From NCBI GenBank assembly GCA_002327255.1, contig DCUM01000063.1:151-64150 (forward strand): a DNA stretch of 64,000 bases, read 5' to 3'. Origin of the DNA: a bacterium UBA2214. Lineage in GTDB: Bacteria > Zhuqueibacterota > Zhuqueibacteria > Residuimicrobiales > Residuimicrobiaceae. Of the stretch, positions 18,232 through 27,968 are shown one piece after another. Below the pieces are notes generated by a model. The model was given only the letters and a program-made list of their open reading frames with translations. It was not told where the DNA came from and did not search any database. Position 1 is the first letter of the stretch. The number at the start of each line of letters is the position of its first letter. The position numbers and the translations under genes are program-made.

Positions 18232-20488
18232 GGGTTGGCAGAAAGGGAAACATCGTAACGGTTGTCAGACGCGAGGGGTTTGATTCGTGATCCCAATAAT
18301 AGAAAAAGACATTCTCGCGGTTGAAGAGATTGATGATTTGCAGATAGGGCATGATCTGCAGCCCGAACAGCCGCCCTTGCCTGCGAATGCTGATGTCCAT
18401 GCGATGATAAGCGGGATAACGGGCGCTGTTTTTATCGCCCCAACGGTCGTACAGTTCGGAGCGCAACACATTCTGATCCTGGTCCCATTCATAATGCATG
18501 TACTTCCCCAGAACCGGCGTATAGGGCAATCCGGAACCAAACGTATACACCGCTCCCAACACCCAACCCGGTGCGAAGGCCCAATTGGTAACGCCATAAA
18601 AGGCATGACGCCGGTCATGTTTGGGAGGATAGTGTTGTCCATCCCGTGTCCTCTGCGTCAGACTGTAACTGTATCCCAACCAGCCCTGTAACTTGCCGGC
18701 CGATTTCTTCACCAGAATCTCCGCACCATACGCTCTGCCGTCGAGCTCGAAAAAATCATCGTCCTCATTCGCAAACTCGCCGTTTTCATTCAACTCGAGC
18801 AGATGACGGAACGACTTGTGATATCCCTCCACCGTCATGATCAAATCGGAGGAGAGCCACCATTCAATGCCTGCAATTACATGGGTCGCGGATTGGGGTT
18901 GATAACGCGCCGTAATGGGCAACCACAGATCCATGATCGAAAAATTCTGATCCGCACTGGCTACCGTGGCGAGATATTGATAATAGTTGCCCACTGCGGC
19001 CTTGAGTGCCACATCAGGACGAAAATGGTATTGCAGTCCCATCCGGGGTGAAAATTGCCAGCGATCGCCCATGCTAAAGTATTCCATCCGCAACCCCGGA
19101 CTGATGCGCAACGTCCTGGTCAGCGCCCATTGATCCTGTATGTAGCCGGCCGCCAGACGAGGTTTTTCCCGGTAGTTGAACAAGGGGTATTGATCCAATG
19201 TAAAGGCGTAGGAGAAATCGAGGCTGGAATAACTGCCACCCCATTTTATGGCGTGGTTCTTCAAGCCCAGATAATGGATATCGGCAGTACCGCTCCAGTC
19301 GGTTATGCGATTAGCCAATTCGACCGCTGCCTGAGCGGACGTTTCCAGTTCGGTCTGCAGGCGATTATCAAAGCGGCTGCGGGTGATCTGGATTTCGCTG
19401 AAGAACTCCGGGTGTGCAATCCATCGCCATGAGGCGCTGGTGGTGCGGTTTCCCCAGACCCAGTTCAGATCAACGCCCACGCTTTCCGCATCGCCTTCTC
19501 TTTCAAAGTCCAGGACGTCATCGCCGTAAAAGCCGCTCAGCGTGATCCGGTGCGCATGTGACAGGTCAAAATGCATCTTGCCCTGGATATCATAAAAATA
19601 ATAGGGAAACTCGAAATCCGTTCCCTTGAAGAGTTGATCGAAATAGGTGCGCCGCAGCGCCAGCAGCACCGATCCTCCGGGAATGGGGCCTTCCAAAACG
19701 CCTCTTGCAGAAAGCAGACTCACGCCACCGCAACCCTGCCAGGAGTGGCTGTTGCCATCGCGATTGAGAATGGACAAGACGGAGGAAAGCCGGCCACCAT
19801 ATTCTACCGGAAATCCGCCGCTGTGAAATTCCAGCGTCTTGATGGCATCGACGTTGAACGTGCTAAAAACCCCGCCCAGATGAAATGGATTATACACGGT
19901 GACGCCGTCCAGCAATACCAGATTCTGGTCGGGCGTACCTCCGCGGACATAGAGCTGACTGGAAAAATCGCTCCTGCCGACAACACCGGGCAGCAACTGC
20001 ACGGTTCGGAACACGTCGGCTTCGGCAAGCGCAGGCGCCGTTTGCAATTGCCGCAGGGAGAGGCCAATTTGTGAAATCTGGACTTCGCGCTCGAATCGCT
20101 CCCGCTCCGCGGTTTTGGTCACACTGCCCATCTCGATGGGCGAACTATGCAGACGTACCTCTCTGATGACATCTCCCCCGGAGAGGGAGATCTCTTCCTC
20201 CCAACTCCCATAACCCAACAACGAAATTTTAATCGTGTAAACGCCATTGGGAATTTTGGGAATGACAAAATATCCGCGCTGATTGGTGAGGCCGCCGCGG
20301 CCACTCTCCTGAAGATAGACATTCGCATAGGGCAAGGGCTCGCCGCTGTCGGCATCGCGGACGAATCCGCTGAGTGAATTCCATCTCTCCTGGAGAACGG
20401 CCGGGTTCGCGCCGGCAAGACAGACCAGGAAGCACAGCAGTCGCGATGGATAGCGTCTTTTCATGAGCACTTTTCGTTTCATCATCAT
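18209..20488 (-). CDS. TonB-dependent receptor with an N-terminal carboxypeptidase-regulatory-like domain
   Basis: PYANVYLQESGRGGLTNQRGYFVI (CarbopepD_reg), a plug, a beta-barrel, and a C-terminal aromatic F. The start may be the internal MKRRY at 20464. Confidence 0.85.
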   Translation of the reverse strand: MMMKRKVLMKRRYPSRLLCFLVCLAGANPAVLQERWNSLSGFVRDADSGEPLPYANVYLQESGRGGLTNQRGYFVIPKIPNGVYTIKISLLGYGSWEEEISLSGGDVIREVRLHSSPIEMGSVTKTAERERFEREVQISQIGLSLRQLQTAPALAEADVFRTVQLLPGVVGRSDFSSQLYVRGGTPDQNLVLLDGVTVYNPFHLGGVFSTFNVDAIKTLEFHSGGFPVEYGGRLSSVLSILNRDGNSHSWQGCGGVSLLSARGVLEGPIPGGSVLLALRRTYFDQLFKGTDFEFPYYFYDIQGKMHFDLSHAHRITLSGFYGDDVLDFEREGDAESVGVDLNWVWGNRTTSASWRWIAHPEFFSEIQITRSRFDNRLQTELETSAQAAVELANRITDWSGTADIHYLGLKNHAIKWGGSYSSLDFSYAFTLDQYPLFNYREKPRLAAGYIQDQWALTRTLRISPGLRMEYFSMGDRWQFSPRMGLQYHFRPDVALKAAVGNYYQYLATVASADQNFSIMDLWLPITARYQPQSATHVIAGIEWWLSSDLIMTVEGYHKSFRHLLELNENGEFANEDDDFFELDGRAYGAEILVKKSAGKLQGWLGYSYSLTQRTRDGQHYPPKHDRRHAFYGVTNWAFAPGWVLGAVYTFGSGLPYTPVLGKYMHYEWDQDQNVLRSELYDRWGDKNSARYPAYHRMDISIRRQGRLFGLQIMPYLQIINLFNRENVFFYYWDHESNPSRLTTVTMFPFLPTLGVDFAF

Positions 20489-21369
20489 GGCATGCGTGCA
20501 AGCAGGGCGTCACACAAGGCCCTGGAATCAGCCTTGTAGACAAGCCACACCTGCGGCCCCTGCCGGCGCCAGGCATAATAGCGCTGGCGATTGTCCTGGA
20601 AATATCCCTTTCCCCCGGGATGAACGTTCAGCACTTTCAGCAAATGTGCCTGTAAAGCTTCTGCCCGCTGCGTTGCGCTGTCGTCATGGGCGTACTGCAG
20701 CACCAGGAGTGCGCCCTCCGTATCATCGATGTGATAGATGCCCGATACAGCGCCACAGAGTCCCGGGCGCAGAGGGTTCTCATCGCCCAGATAGAATTGC
20801 CGGTTCAGCGCCTGGGTGCCTTTGATAAAAATCACGGAACGGCGCTGCAGGCCTGTCGTTGGCAGGCTTTGCAGCAGAAGCGGCGGAGGCGACTGGCGCT
20901 TGATCTGATGGCTGATCAATCCGGCAAAATGGTGCATGGTACGACGGGTGAGGCTGTCGGTGAGATCCGCGAGGATCATGACATAAAAACGATCCTGCCA
21001 GAAGATGAGGTGATAATCGAACTGCGTGGCTTCTGCGCCGATGGCGAGCGCGGGGTGGCGTAAATCGCGGTTGGCAGAATAGATGCCGAAGGCGGCCTCC
21101 GGAGTCTGCATGGCATAGATGTCCACCACCAGGCCTTGCTCGCCATGGATATACTCAAGACTCGCCGCCTGTTCCACTCCGTACTCCAGGAACAACTCGG
21201 CCCCGCCGTTGATATATTCATGGAGTGTATGAGGTTGATACGGCTTGCAGGTGCGGATTTGCCACGGGGCAATCGCGGAGGTGGGAGGATAGGGCATGCC
21301 GCTGTCGTGCGCATCTTGCGACAAGGCCTGCAGCCAGGAAAACAAAAAAATGAGGAAAAATCGTGCCAT
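20485..21369 (-). CDS. Hypothetical secreted protein
   Basis: Signal peptide MARFFLIFLFSWLQALS and coding-like composition; I recognise no family. Confidence 0.5.
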   Translation of the reverse strand: MARFFLIFLFSWLQALSQDAHDSGMPYPPTSAIAPWQIRTCKPYQPHTLHEYINGGAELFLEYGVEQAASLEYIHGEQGLVVDIYAMQTPEAAFGIYSANRDLRHPALAIGAEATQFDYHLIFWQDRFYVMILADLTDSLTRRTMHHFAGLISHQIKRQSPPPLLLQSLPTTGLQRRSVIFIKGTQALNRQFYLGDENPLRPGLCGAVSGIYHIDDTEGALLVLQYAHDDSATQRAEALQAHLLKVLNVHPGGKGYFQDNRQRYYAWRRQGPQVWLVYKADSRALCDALLARMP

Positions 21370-21496
21370 CCCAATGGCTCCCGATGGTGATCCTGCTGAC
21401 ACGCTACCGTTCACAAGTCTCCGGAGACAACCTGCATACTTGTAATGGCCCTGTGGCGATGCGCTCCATCAAAACCCCTGGTATAAGAGATACCAT

Positions 21497-22315
21497 TCAG
21501 GGATTCGCCGCTGTCCGTGGTTTAATGAAGCTTGTTTTGGACAACTCCATGATGACCGAACCCAGGGGCGCTTTGGTGCGCACCTTGACCGGCAGACGCC
21601 GGGAATCGCTGCTCACCCAGATCCACATATCGCCCTTTTTTTCGAACGTGGCGCCCGGGCGCTTGCCAAGCTCCAGCATATAGCATTCAAAATTGCCCGC
21701 CGCAACCTTGATTTTTTCCTTTTTTACCACACTGATCCGCAGCGGATAATTTTTCTTGTCAATATAATTATCGACATCGATCTTCTGGCCGACCGCGAGA
21801 TCGAGGGTCCTCACATAATAGATAATGGAGAGCACGTCCTGGCTGTACGGTGGCACGGCCAGAGTATCCTTGCCTTCGAAGGCGCGCGCATTGACAGGAT
21901 CAAAGACCGCCTTGCGGTAGGCTTTAAATTTCCCTTCGTTGAGCTTGCGTTCATATCGCCAGGGGAAAAGTCCCGCCGAGTCGAGCAGACATTCCATATA
22001 GTCATCAACGCGATAGATGCCGGAAAAGAAATCATTGGTCCACAGCCGCGACACCAGCAGAAAGCAGGGGCGGCCGTCATGCAGTCGTCTTTCCGGAATC
22101 GACATGGCGCCCTTGCCGGCACTGAGTTTGCCAAAATGTACATTGTATTCCAGATATTCACCCGCCACAAACGCGTGGTTCGTCACGGCGCGCAGAAACG
22201 GCTTCTGAGCGGCGACGGTCATGGTGGTATCGGTTTGCGCCGGCAAACCGGCGGCAACCCCTAGCAACACGGCAACAATGGCGGTGACAAATTTTGAGCT
22301 ATGATATGGTTTCAT
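21497..22315 (-). CDS. Secreted protein, possibly DUF3108 family
   Basis: Signal peptide and an N-terminal AVTNHAFVAGEYLEYNV motif resembling DUF3108. The family assignment is from memory. Confidence 0.5.
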   Translation of the reverse strand: MKPYHSSKFVTAIVAVLLGVAAGLPAQTDTTMTVAAQKPFLRAVTNHAFVAGEYLEYNVHFGKLSAGKGAMSIPERRLHDGRPCFLLVSRLWTNDFFSGIYRVDDYMECLLDSAGLFPWRYERKLNEGKFKAYRKAVFDPVNARAFEGKDTLAVPPYSQDVLSIIYYVRTLDLAVGQKIDVDNYIDKKNYPLRISVVKKEKIKVAAGNFECYMLELGKRPGATFEKKGDMWIWVSSDSRRLPVKVRTKAPLGSVIMELSKTSFIKPRTAANP

Positions 22316-23379
22316 GTTCCTGAAAGCGTTTCCTTCACTTTATGATAGACGTCTTCAACCCGGATGGCCTCCATACAGGGGCTGTTGTGATTTTTACGGG
22401 AATCGCAAGTCGTGTTGCAGGGCGACGGCGGCAAGATCACCGCATCCGGCTGATGGTAAGGACCCCAGCGCCGCGGGGAACAAGCCGGTAGAGGACAGTA
22501 CAAACCAACGACTGCAGTTCCCATCGCGACGGCCATATGAAGCGGCCCGGTGCTGTTTGCGACCAAAAGCCGCGCCTGTTTGAGAAGCGCCAATAATTCC
22601 TTGATCTGCAATCGCCCATCCAGGCGAATAATGGGATTTTTCACCATGGCCGCCATTATGTCAACCAGTTGCATCTCTCTTTTGTTCCCGGTGACGACCA
22701 CTGCGCAACCCGATTTCTCCTGGATCATATCCGCTAACGCCGCAAAACCGTGCACCGGCCAATCGCTGGCAGATCCCCCGCTGCCGGGATGGAGCACCAC
22801 AAAGGGGTCTGAAGCGGACAACCCCATCTCCGCCAGCATGCTCCGCGTCTTCTCCATCGCGCTTGCCGGAACGCTGAGCGAAAACGAGATCATCTCTTGT
22901 GAGATGCCCAGCGGCTGCAACAGATCAAAATTCAAATCGAGCTCGTGGCGTCCGCTGCTTTTGCGATGCTGGTAAATTCTGCGGTTGAATAACAAGGAAT
23001 ATCCGCGGTAGCCCGTCCCGATGCGAACCGGGATTCGCGCCAGGCGGCACGCCAATGCCAGGCGAAAGGTCGGATGCAGAAGAATGGCAATGTCGAAACC
23101 ATGGCGACGTATCTCGCGAATGAGGCGTATCAAGCCCTTCAAGGAGCGGTGCTTGCCATCACGGTCGTCGCTCAAAATCAAATCAACGTCCGGATGCCCC
23201 TCCACCAGTTCGACGGTATAGGGGCGAAGCAGCACAGCGAGACAGCCCAGCGGAAAGCGCCGCCGCAACGCGGAAAAAACCGGCGTCGACAAAACAACAT
23301 CCCCGAGACGGTCGGTTCTGACGACCAGGATGCGCCGGGCCCCTTCCTGTGGGGATAAATTTGCGGAGGCCGTGTTCAA
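22312..23379 (-). CDS. Glycosyltransferase family 9 (LPS heptosyltransferase-like)
   Basis: N-terminal ILVVRTDRLGDVVLSTPV GT9 motif, and a C-terminal GPLHMAVAMGTAVVGLY motif. Confidence 0.8.
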   Translation of the reverse strand: MNTASANLSPQEGARRILVVRTDRLGDVVLSTPVFSALRRRFPLGCLAVLLRPYTVELVEGHPDVDLILSDDRDGKHRSLKGLIRLIREIRRHGFDIAILLHPTFRLALACRLARIPVRIGTGYRGYSLLFNRRIYQHRKSSGRHELDLNFDLLQPLGISQEMISFSLSVPASAMEKTRSMLAEMGLSASDPFVVLHPGSGGSASDWPVHGFAALADMIQEKSGCAVVVTGNKREMQLVDIMAAMVKNPIIRLDGRLQIKELLALLKQARLLVANSTGPLHMAVAMGTAVVGLYCPLPACSPRRWGPYHQPDAVILPPSPCNTTCDSRKNHNSPCMEAIRVEDVYHKVKETLSGT

Positions 23380-24014
23380 ATCGATTCCAGTACGGTATTG
23401 ATCTCCAGGCGCGAAATGCCGCCCTCGCGGAGTATCCGCACCGGAGTCCGTGTCACGTCGACAACGGTAGACGGGGTGCTGGAAGGCGTTTCCCCGCCAT
23501 CCACAATCAAATCCAACTGATCCCCAAAAATTTCCGCCACCTGGCGCGCGGTTGTCGCCGGCGCTTCGCCACTATGATTGGCACTGGTGGAAATGATGGG
23601 AAATCCGCAGGTCTTTAACAGGGAGAGGCATATGGAACAGTCCGGGATACGAATCGCAATGGTCTGCGAGCGGCGAAAGGCGGAAGATTGCAGGGTCACG
23701 GAAGACTTGAAAACCAGGGTGAGTGGCCCCGGCCAGAAATTTTCCATCAGTTTTTCTGCCGCTTCGGGAATGTCGCTCACCAGATCCCCGATTTGAATCG
23801 TATCGGCGGCAATGACGATGAGTGCTTTGCTCTGATCGCGGTTCTTGAGTTTATAGATGCGTTCCACCGCCGCAGTGGCAAACACATTGGAGCCAATGCC
23901 ATACACGGTTTCCGTCGGATAACCGATTACACCCTGGTTTTGCAAGACCCTTGCAGCGCGAAGAATCAGGTCTGTTTCGGGATGTTTGGGATTAATTTTG
24001 ATGATTTCGCTCAT
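23376..24014 (-). CDS. tsaC: L-threonylcarbamoyladenylate synthase (YrdC/TsaC type)
   Basis: YPTETVYGIG signature. 212 aa from the ATG at 24014. Confidence 0.85.
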   Translation of the reverse strand: MSEIIKINPKHPETDLILRAARVLQNQGVIGYPTETVYGIGSNVFATAAVERIYKLKNRDQSKALIVIAADTIQIGDLVSDIPEAAEKLMENFWPGPLTLVFKSSVTLQSSAFRRSQTIAIRIPDCSICLSLLKTCGFPIISTSANHSGEAPATTARQVAEIFGDQLDLIVDGGETPSSTPSTVVDVTRTPVRILREGGISRLEINTVLESI

Positions 24015-25056
24015 AATCCTTCTTTTGGTTGATGATATTAAGCGTTTCCTGGTACACTTCATCTACACGCAAGTGTATCATGCAGGCGTGTGTGCCGATC
24101 GGACAGCGTTCTCCGCCATGAATGCCACACGGCCGGCAGGGCAATTCGGTTTCGACCACGACAAAATGGTCGCTGTATGGCGCAAAGCCGAAACCGGGTA
24201 TGGTGGGTCCAAACAGCGCCACCATCGGCACATTGGCCGCGGATCCCAGGTGTAAAGGGGCACTGTCGTTGGCCACCAGAGCAGCTGCCCGGCTTAAAAG
24301 CCATGCCGCCTGCCTCAGGGTGAGCACGCCGGCGCTGTTGATCACCAGGCCCGGCACCGCGGCGGCGATGGCTTCGCATAATTCCCGGTCTTGGGAGCCC
24401 CCCAGCAATACGATGGCATAGCCGGCGCCACTCAACTTTTTAAGCAGTTTGTGATAATAGTCCGCGGGCCATCTTTTGGTCTTCCAAACCGATCCCGGTG
24501 CCACCGCGATAAATGACATGCCCGCCCTGTCAAGCGGCGCCAACAGGTGCACGACGAATTGCTGATCCTGTTCCGTCGCAAAGAGTTCCGGAAGGATTCT
24601 TCCGGCCGGACACGCCACACTCGCCAGCAGCGACAAATTGCGATCGATCTCATGTTGTGACCGAATATATCGCACCCGGTGTGAAAAGAGAAAGGCCCCG
24701 GCGCTGTTGCTGAATCCCACACGGACGCGTGCGCCGGAGCACCAGGCGATTAACGCGCTGCGCAGAGATCGGTGCGGAACCAGGACCAGGCCGTATTTTT
24801 CCCTGCGAACACGAGAACACATGCGAAAAAACCCGCGCCAGCCGGATTGTGACCCGCGCTTGTCATAGACAAGGACCTCATTCAGCGCGGGATTGTTTTC
24901 GACGATGTTTTGGGCGGCCGGAATCACCATGACATGAAGCGTGGCCTCTGCCGCACAGCGACGCACCGCTCTGATCAGGGGGGTGACCAGCACGACATCT
25001 CCGATAAATGCCGTCTGGATGATCAGGATTTTATGATGGGGCAGCTGTCGGATCAT
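23992..25056 (-). CDS. Glycosyltransferase family 9 (second heptosyltransferase-like)
   Basis: ILIIQTAFIGDVVLVTPL and GPLHLGSAANVPMVALFG motifs. Confidence 0.8.
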   Translation of the reverse strand: MIRQLPHHKILIIQTAFIGDVVLVTPLIRAVRRCAAEATLHVMVIPAAQNIVENNPALNEVLVYDKRGSQSGWRGFFRMCSRVRREKYGLVLVPHRSLRSALIAWCSGARVRVGFSNSAGAFLFSHRVRYIRSQHEIDRNLSLLASVACPAGRILPELFATEQDQQFVVHLLAPLDRAGMSFIAVAPGSVWKTKRWPADYYHKLLKKLSGAGYAIVLLGGSQDRELCEAIAAAVPGLVINSAGVLTLRQAAWLLSRAAALVANDSAPLHLGSAANVPMVALFGPTIPGFGFAPYSDHFVVVETELPCRPCGIHGGERCPIGTHACMIHLRVDEVYQETLNIINQKKDYERNHQN

Positions 25057-25961
25057 GGCGACTCTTTTCTGGACGCCAGCGGCGGGCTGGTTTTCCAGCG
25101 TTTATGCATCCAAAACCAGTGATCAGGATACGCACGGACCATGCGCTCCAGGGCACGGGCATGCCGTTGTGTTAATTCATGAAGATTCTCTGCCGTGGCG
25201 CCCTGCAGGTCAGCGTGTTCGATCGTTTCCAGATAGACCGTATGAAAACCCCGTGGATTTCTCACCGTCGCACAAAAAACAAGGGGCGCGCCGGTTTTCA
25301 GGGCGAACATCGCAGGACCCGCGGCTGTCGATGACGGCCGCCCCAAAAAATCCGCAAAAATGCCCTCTTTGTGTGCGTCCTGATCCGCCAATAAAAGAAT
25401 GAATTTATTCTCTTTCAAGGCTCGCAACACACCGCGCACCGCCACTCCCGGGGTGACCAGTTCCATGCCCATGCTGCTACGCGTCGTATGGATGTATTCA
25501 TTCACCAAAGGATTGCGCTGATCTCTCGCGATCGCCACCAGCGGCCCCCCATAACTGGGAATGGAGGCTGCCAGCGTCTCCCAATTGCCAAAATGCGCGC
25601 TGAGACAGATGACACCGCGCCCCTGCTGGCGCGCTTTTTGTAACAAATCCTCCGGAACGAAACGGACGCGTTCTCTGATTCCCCCGGCGCCCAATCGCGG
25701 CATCAAAATAAATTCGATGATATTTTGACCAAAATTTCGGTACGTGGCCCGTGCGATCTGCCGGATCTCTTTGATTCCTTTTTCGGGAAAGGCCCGGGTC
25801 AAATTGTCCAACACAACGCGTTTGCGGATGGGCACACAATAGTAAACAAATCTTCCCAGGCCCCGGCCAAATCCCAGGGCCCATCGATACGGCAACCACC
25901 CGATCATGCCGACCATCGTGCGGGCCAGATAATATTCCAGATAATTCTGAATTTTTTTCAT
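25053..25961 (-). CDS. Lipid A biosynthesis late acyltransferase (LpxL/HtrB family)
   Basis: AHFGNWE acyltransferase motif and an N-terminal membrane anchor, lying within the LPS operon. Confidence 0.8.
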   Translation of the reverse strand: MKKIQNYLEYYLARTMVGMIGWLPYRWALGFGRGLGRFVYYCVPIRKRVVLDNLTRAFPEKGIKEIRQIARATYRNFGQNIIEFILMPRLGAGGIRERVRFVPEDLLQKARQQGRGVICLSAHFGNWETLAASIPSYGGPLVAIARDQRNPLVNEYIHTTRSSMGMELVTPGVAVRGVLRALKENKFILLLADQDAHKEGIFADFLGRPSSTAAGPAMFALKTGAPLVFCATVRNPRGFHTVYLETIEHADLQGATAENLHELTQRHARALERMVRAYPDHWFWMHKRWKTSPPLASRKESP

Positions 25962-25991
25962 GGCTAAAGGTAAACAAATATTGGCAATTTT

Positions 25992-26969
25992 TCAATAGCT
26001 GTTTGCAGACGATGTATCTTCCTCCGGGGCGTCAGGCGGGTGCTCTTCTAACGCTTCGAGCGTTGCCGCGATGGCCTCTTCCGCTTGCCATTGCGCCAGT
26101 CTGCGGCGGTTACGGCGGCGCAGAGCGAAAACAGCCAACAGGAACAGCACCGGGATGCCCAGCCAGATCAATTCATCGCTCTCCGTCAACCAGTACCACT
26201 TTTGCGTCTCTTCAAGGTGGTTCAGCCACTCCTGTTCAAATCCGGACATCGTGCTGCCGGTGGCCTGCAAAAACAGGGCGTCCATATCTTCGCCGGCCTG
26301 ATAACCCGCGATGATATGTCTCATGGCATCGATGTCGTAGGTCGCCAACAGATAGCGCACCGCCGAATAGCTTTGTTGATAGGCCAAATCCGCTGATGAG
26401 CGCGCAAATTGCAGGACGTTGTCGATATCCTGCAAAGGAATGAGCGAGCCGGTCGCCAGGGCTTTTGAAAGGAGCGTCCGGTTTTCCCATTGCAGCTGTT
26501 CTGCATAAAAGAGGGCCAATCCTTCGTCGATCCACCGCGGCAATGCGCGTCCACCGCGCTGCTGGTAAAGAACCAGGTGTATCAACTCGTGCACCAGCGC
26601 CTGCCGGAAGGAGGCTTCCGGCCGATCCCATCGTGGCGAACGCACGACCATGGTGCGCATCCCGGGAAGGGCAAAAGCATGGGCCCACTCGGGCAAGCCT
26701 TGTTCGATGTGCCGGCGAAACGCCAGCCGGGAGGAGGCAATCACCACATGAACCGTGTCCCGGCAGACGATGCGGAAATCCGCACAGATTTCAATTCGTG
26801 CCGTTGCCAGGATGCGCAACGCCTGCCGCGCATGCGTGGAATCAACCGGACTGTAATGGATGCAGATGGTGGAATCACAGAGTATTTGACGGGAGATAGC
26901 GGGTGATGGCCGGCTCAGTACGGAAGAAAACAGACAAAGAAGAAGAAAAACAGAATAGCGATGAATCAT
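25992..26969 (-). CDS. Putative zincin (HExxH) metallopeptidase-like protein with a C-terminal TM and basic tail
   Basis: VHELIHLV (HExxH) plus a downstream IDEGLALFYAE glutamate, a signal peptide, and a C-terminal TM followed by RRRNRRR. Confidence 0.55.
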   Translation of the reverse strand: MIHRYSVFLLLCLFSSVLSRPSPAISRQILCDSTICIHYSPVDSTHARQALRILATARIEICADFRIVCRDTVHVVIASSRLAFRRHIEQGLPEWAHAFALPGMRTMVVRSPRWDRPEASFRQALVHELIHLVLYQQRGGRALPRWIDEGLALFYAEQLQWENRTLLSKALATGSLIPLQDIDNVLQFARSSADLAYQQSYSAVRYLLATYDIDAMRHIIAGYQAGEDMDALFLQATGSTMSGFEQEWLNHLEETQKWYWLTESDELIWLGIPVLFLLAVFALRRRNRRRLAQWQAEEAIAATLEALEEHPPDAPEEDTSSANSY

Positions 26970-26978
26970 CTGAAGTGC

Positions 26979-27338
26979 TCACTGAATGATGAGAAATTCC
27001 TGTACCGCAGAGCCCATCGCCTCAATTTGTTGTAAAGCCATCGCCCGCATGCAACCGGGCTGTTGCATATAGCACTCTTGCAGTTGACAATTTTTCAATT
27101 TAGCCGGGCATCCCCGGCTGAATTGCGCCTGGGACAACGAACGTAATCGCGCCTGGATTTCATCTTGCGGGAAGTGTCTTCCTTGCATCTTGATGCCAAA
27201 TTCCAGGGTCTTTTCCCAAACAAAACGGTGCACCAGCAAAAGATCGGTCGGCGGCAGCGGCTCAAGCACCGGTGTCAACGCTGTGCCGGTTAAAAGGGCG
27301 CGAAGGAGTTCCATTTTCAGGCTGATGGATAATAGCAT
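26979..27338 (-). CDS. Hypothetical small protein with a C-x6-C-x4-C-x6-C cluster
   Basis: 119 aa from ATG at 27338. GCPAKLKNCQLQECYMQQPGC lies downstream of the MglA-like gene. The longer track ORF (to 27521) would overlap that gene. Confidence 0.35.
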   Translation of the reverse strand: MLLSISLKMELLRALLTGTALTPVLEPLPPTDLLLVHRFVWEKTLEFGIKMQGRHFPQDEIQARLRSLSQAQFSRGCPAKLKNCQLQECYMQQPGCMRAMALQQIEAMGSAVQEFLIIQ

Positions 27339-27391
27339 TTTTATACCATTCCGGTTTGGCTGCGCCGTCGGGGGTATCCGGGGCAGCACGA

Positions 27392-27964
27392 CTATTCCAG
27401 TTTTTCGATGAGCAGATCCAGCAGCGTCACGACGACCTTGCGGACGCTGTCGGGTTTGTTGCTGCGGCAAAACATGAATTTGGTCATCGCGGACAAGCCG
27501 ATATGGGGGCGTATGGCGCATTCCGGGACTGGCAGGACACGATCTCCGATATCGGCGGCGATGATGAAGGGTGCATTGAAATAGCTGGAAGTAAACTCTA
27601 TGATCTCTTTGCTGCCGGCAAATGATTGATCATCAAACCAGTCAAAAATAACAATATAACCCAGCATCTTGCGGCCGACCAGGTCCCAGGCAAAGCCCTG
27701 GCCATAGCTGATCCCATAGCAGTACACCATCAGTTCCTCATGGATGGGCAAAGAGCCCAGAATGATATCCTGATTGGCTATTTCAACGCGCGGACAAAGG
27801 GCACTCAGAAAGGGTTGTTTCGCCGCGCCCGGGGGCCCGACGACCACGAGTTCTCCGACGCGCTGAACACCGCTCTCTTCTCGTAAACGATTCATATTGA
27901 TCTGGTTTCGGTCCTGTGACACATAGCCAGGCATCGTCTCTGGCCATGAGGGGCTGTGATTCAA
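27392..27964 (-). CDS. MglA/Ras-like small GTPase-fold protein with a degenerate P-loop
   Basis: G1-like VVVGPPGAAKQP (no S/T after the Lys), an intact G4 NKPD, and DW/FD beta-strand patterns. The start is uncertain (27964 or the ATG at 27895). Confidence 0.55.
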   Translation of the reverse strand: MNHSPSWPETMPGYVSQDRNQINMNRLREESGVQRVGELVVVGPPGAAKQPFLSALCPRVEIANQDIILGSLPIHEELMVYCYGISYGQGFAWDLVGRKMLGYIVIFDWFDDQSFAGSKEIIEFTSSYFNAPFIIAADIGDRVLPVPECAIRPHIGLSAMTKFMFCRSNKPDSVRKVVVTLLDLLIEKLE

Positions 27965-27968
27965 GCGA

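Noticed and set aside
26979-27521. Full 180-aa ORF as listed for the small Cys protein.
   Set aside because: Its first 61 codons (Arg/Gln/Pro-rich) overlap the 3' end of the MglA-like gene. I shortened it to the internal ATG at 27338; even so its reality is uncertain.
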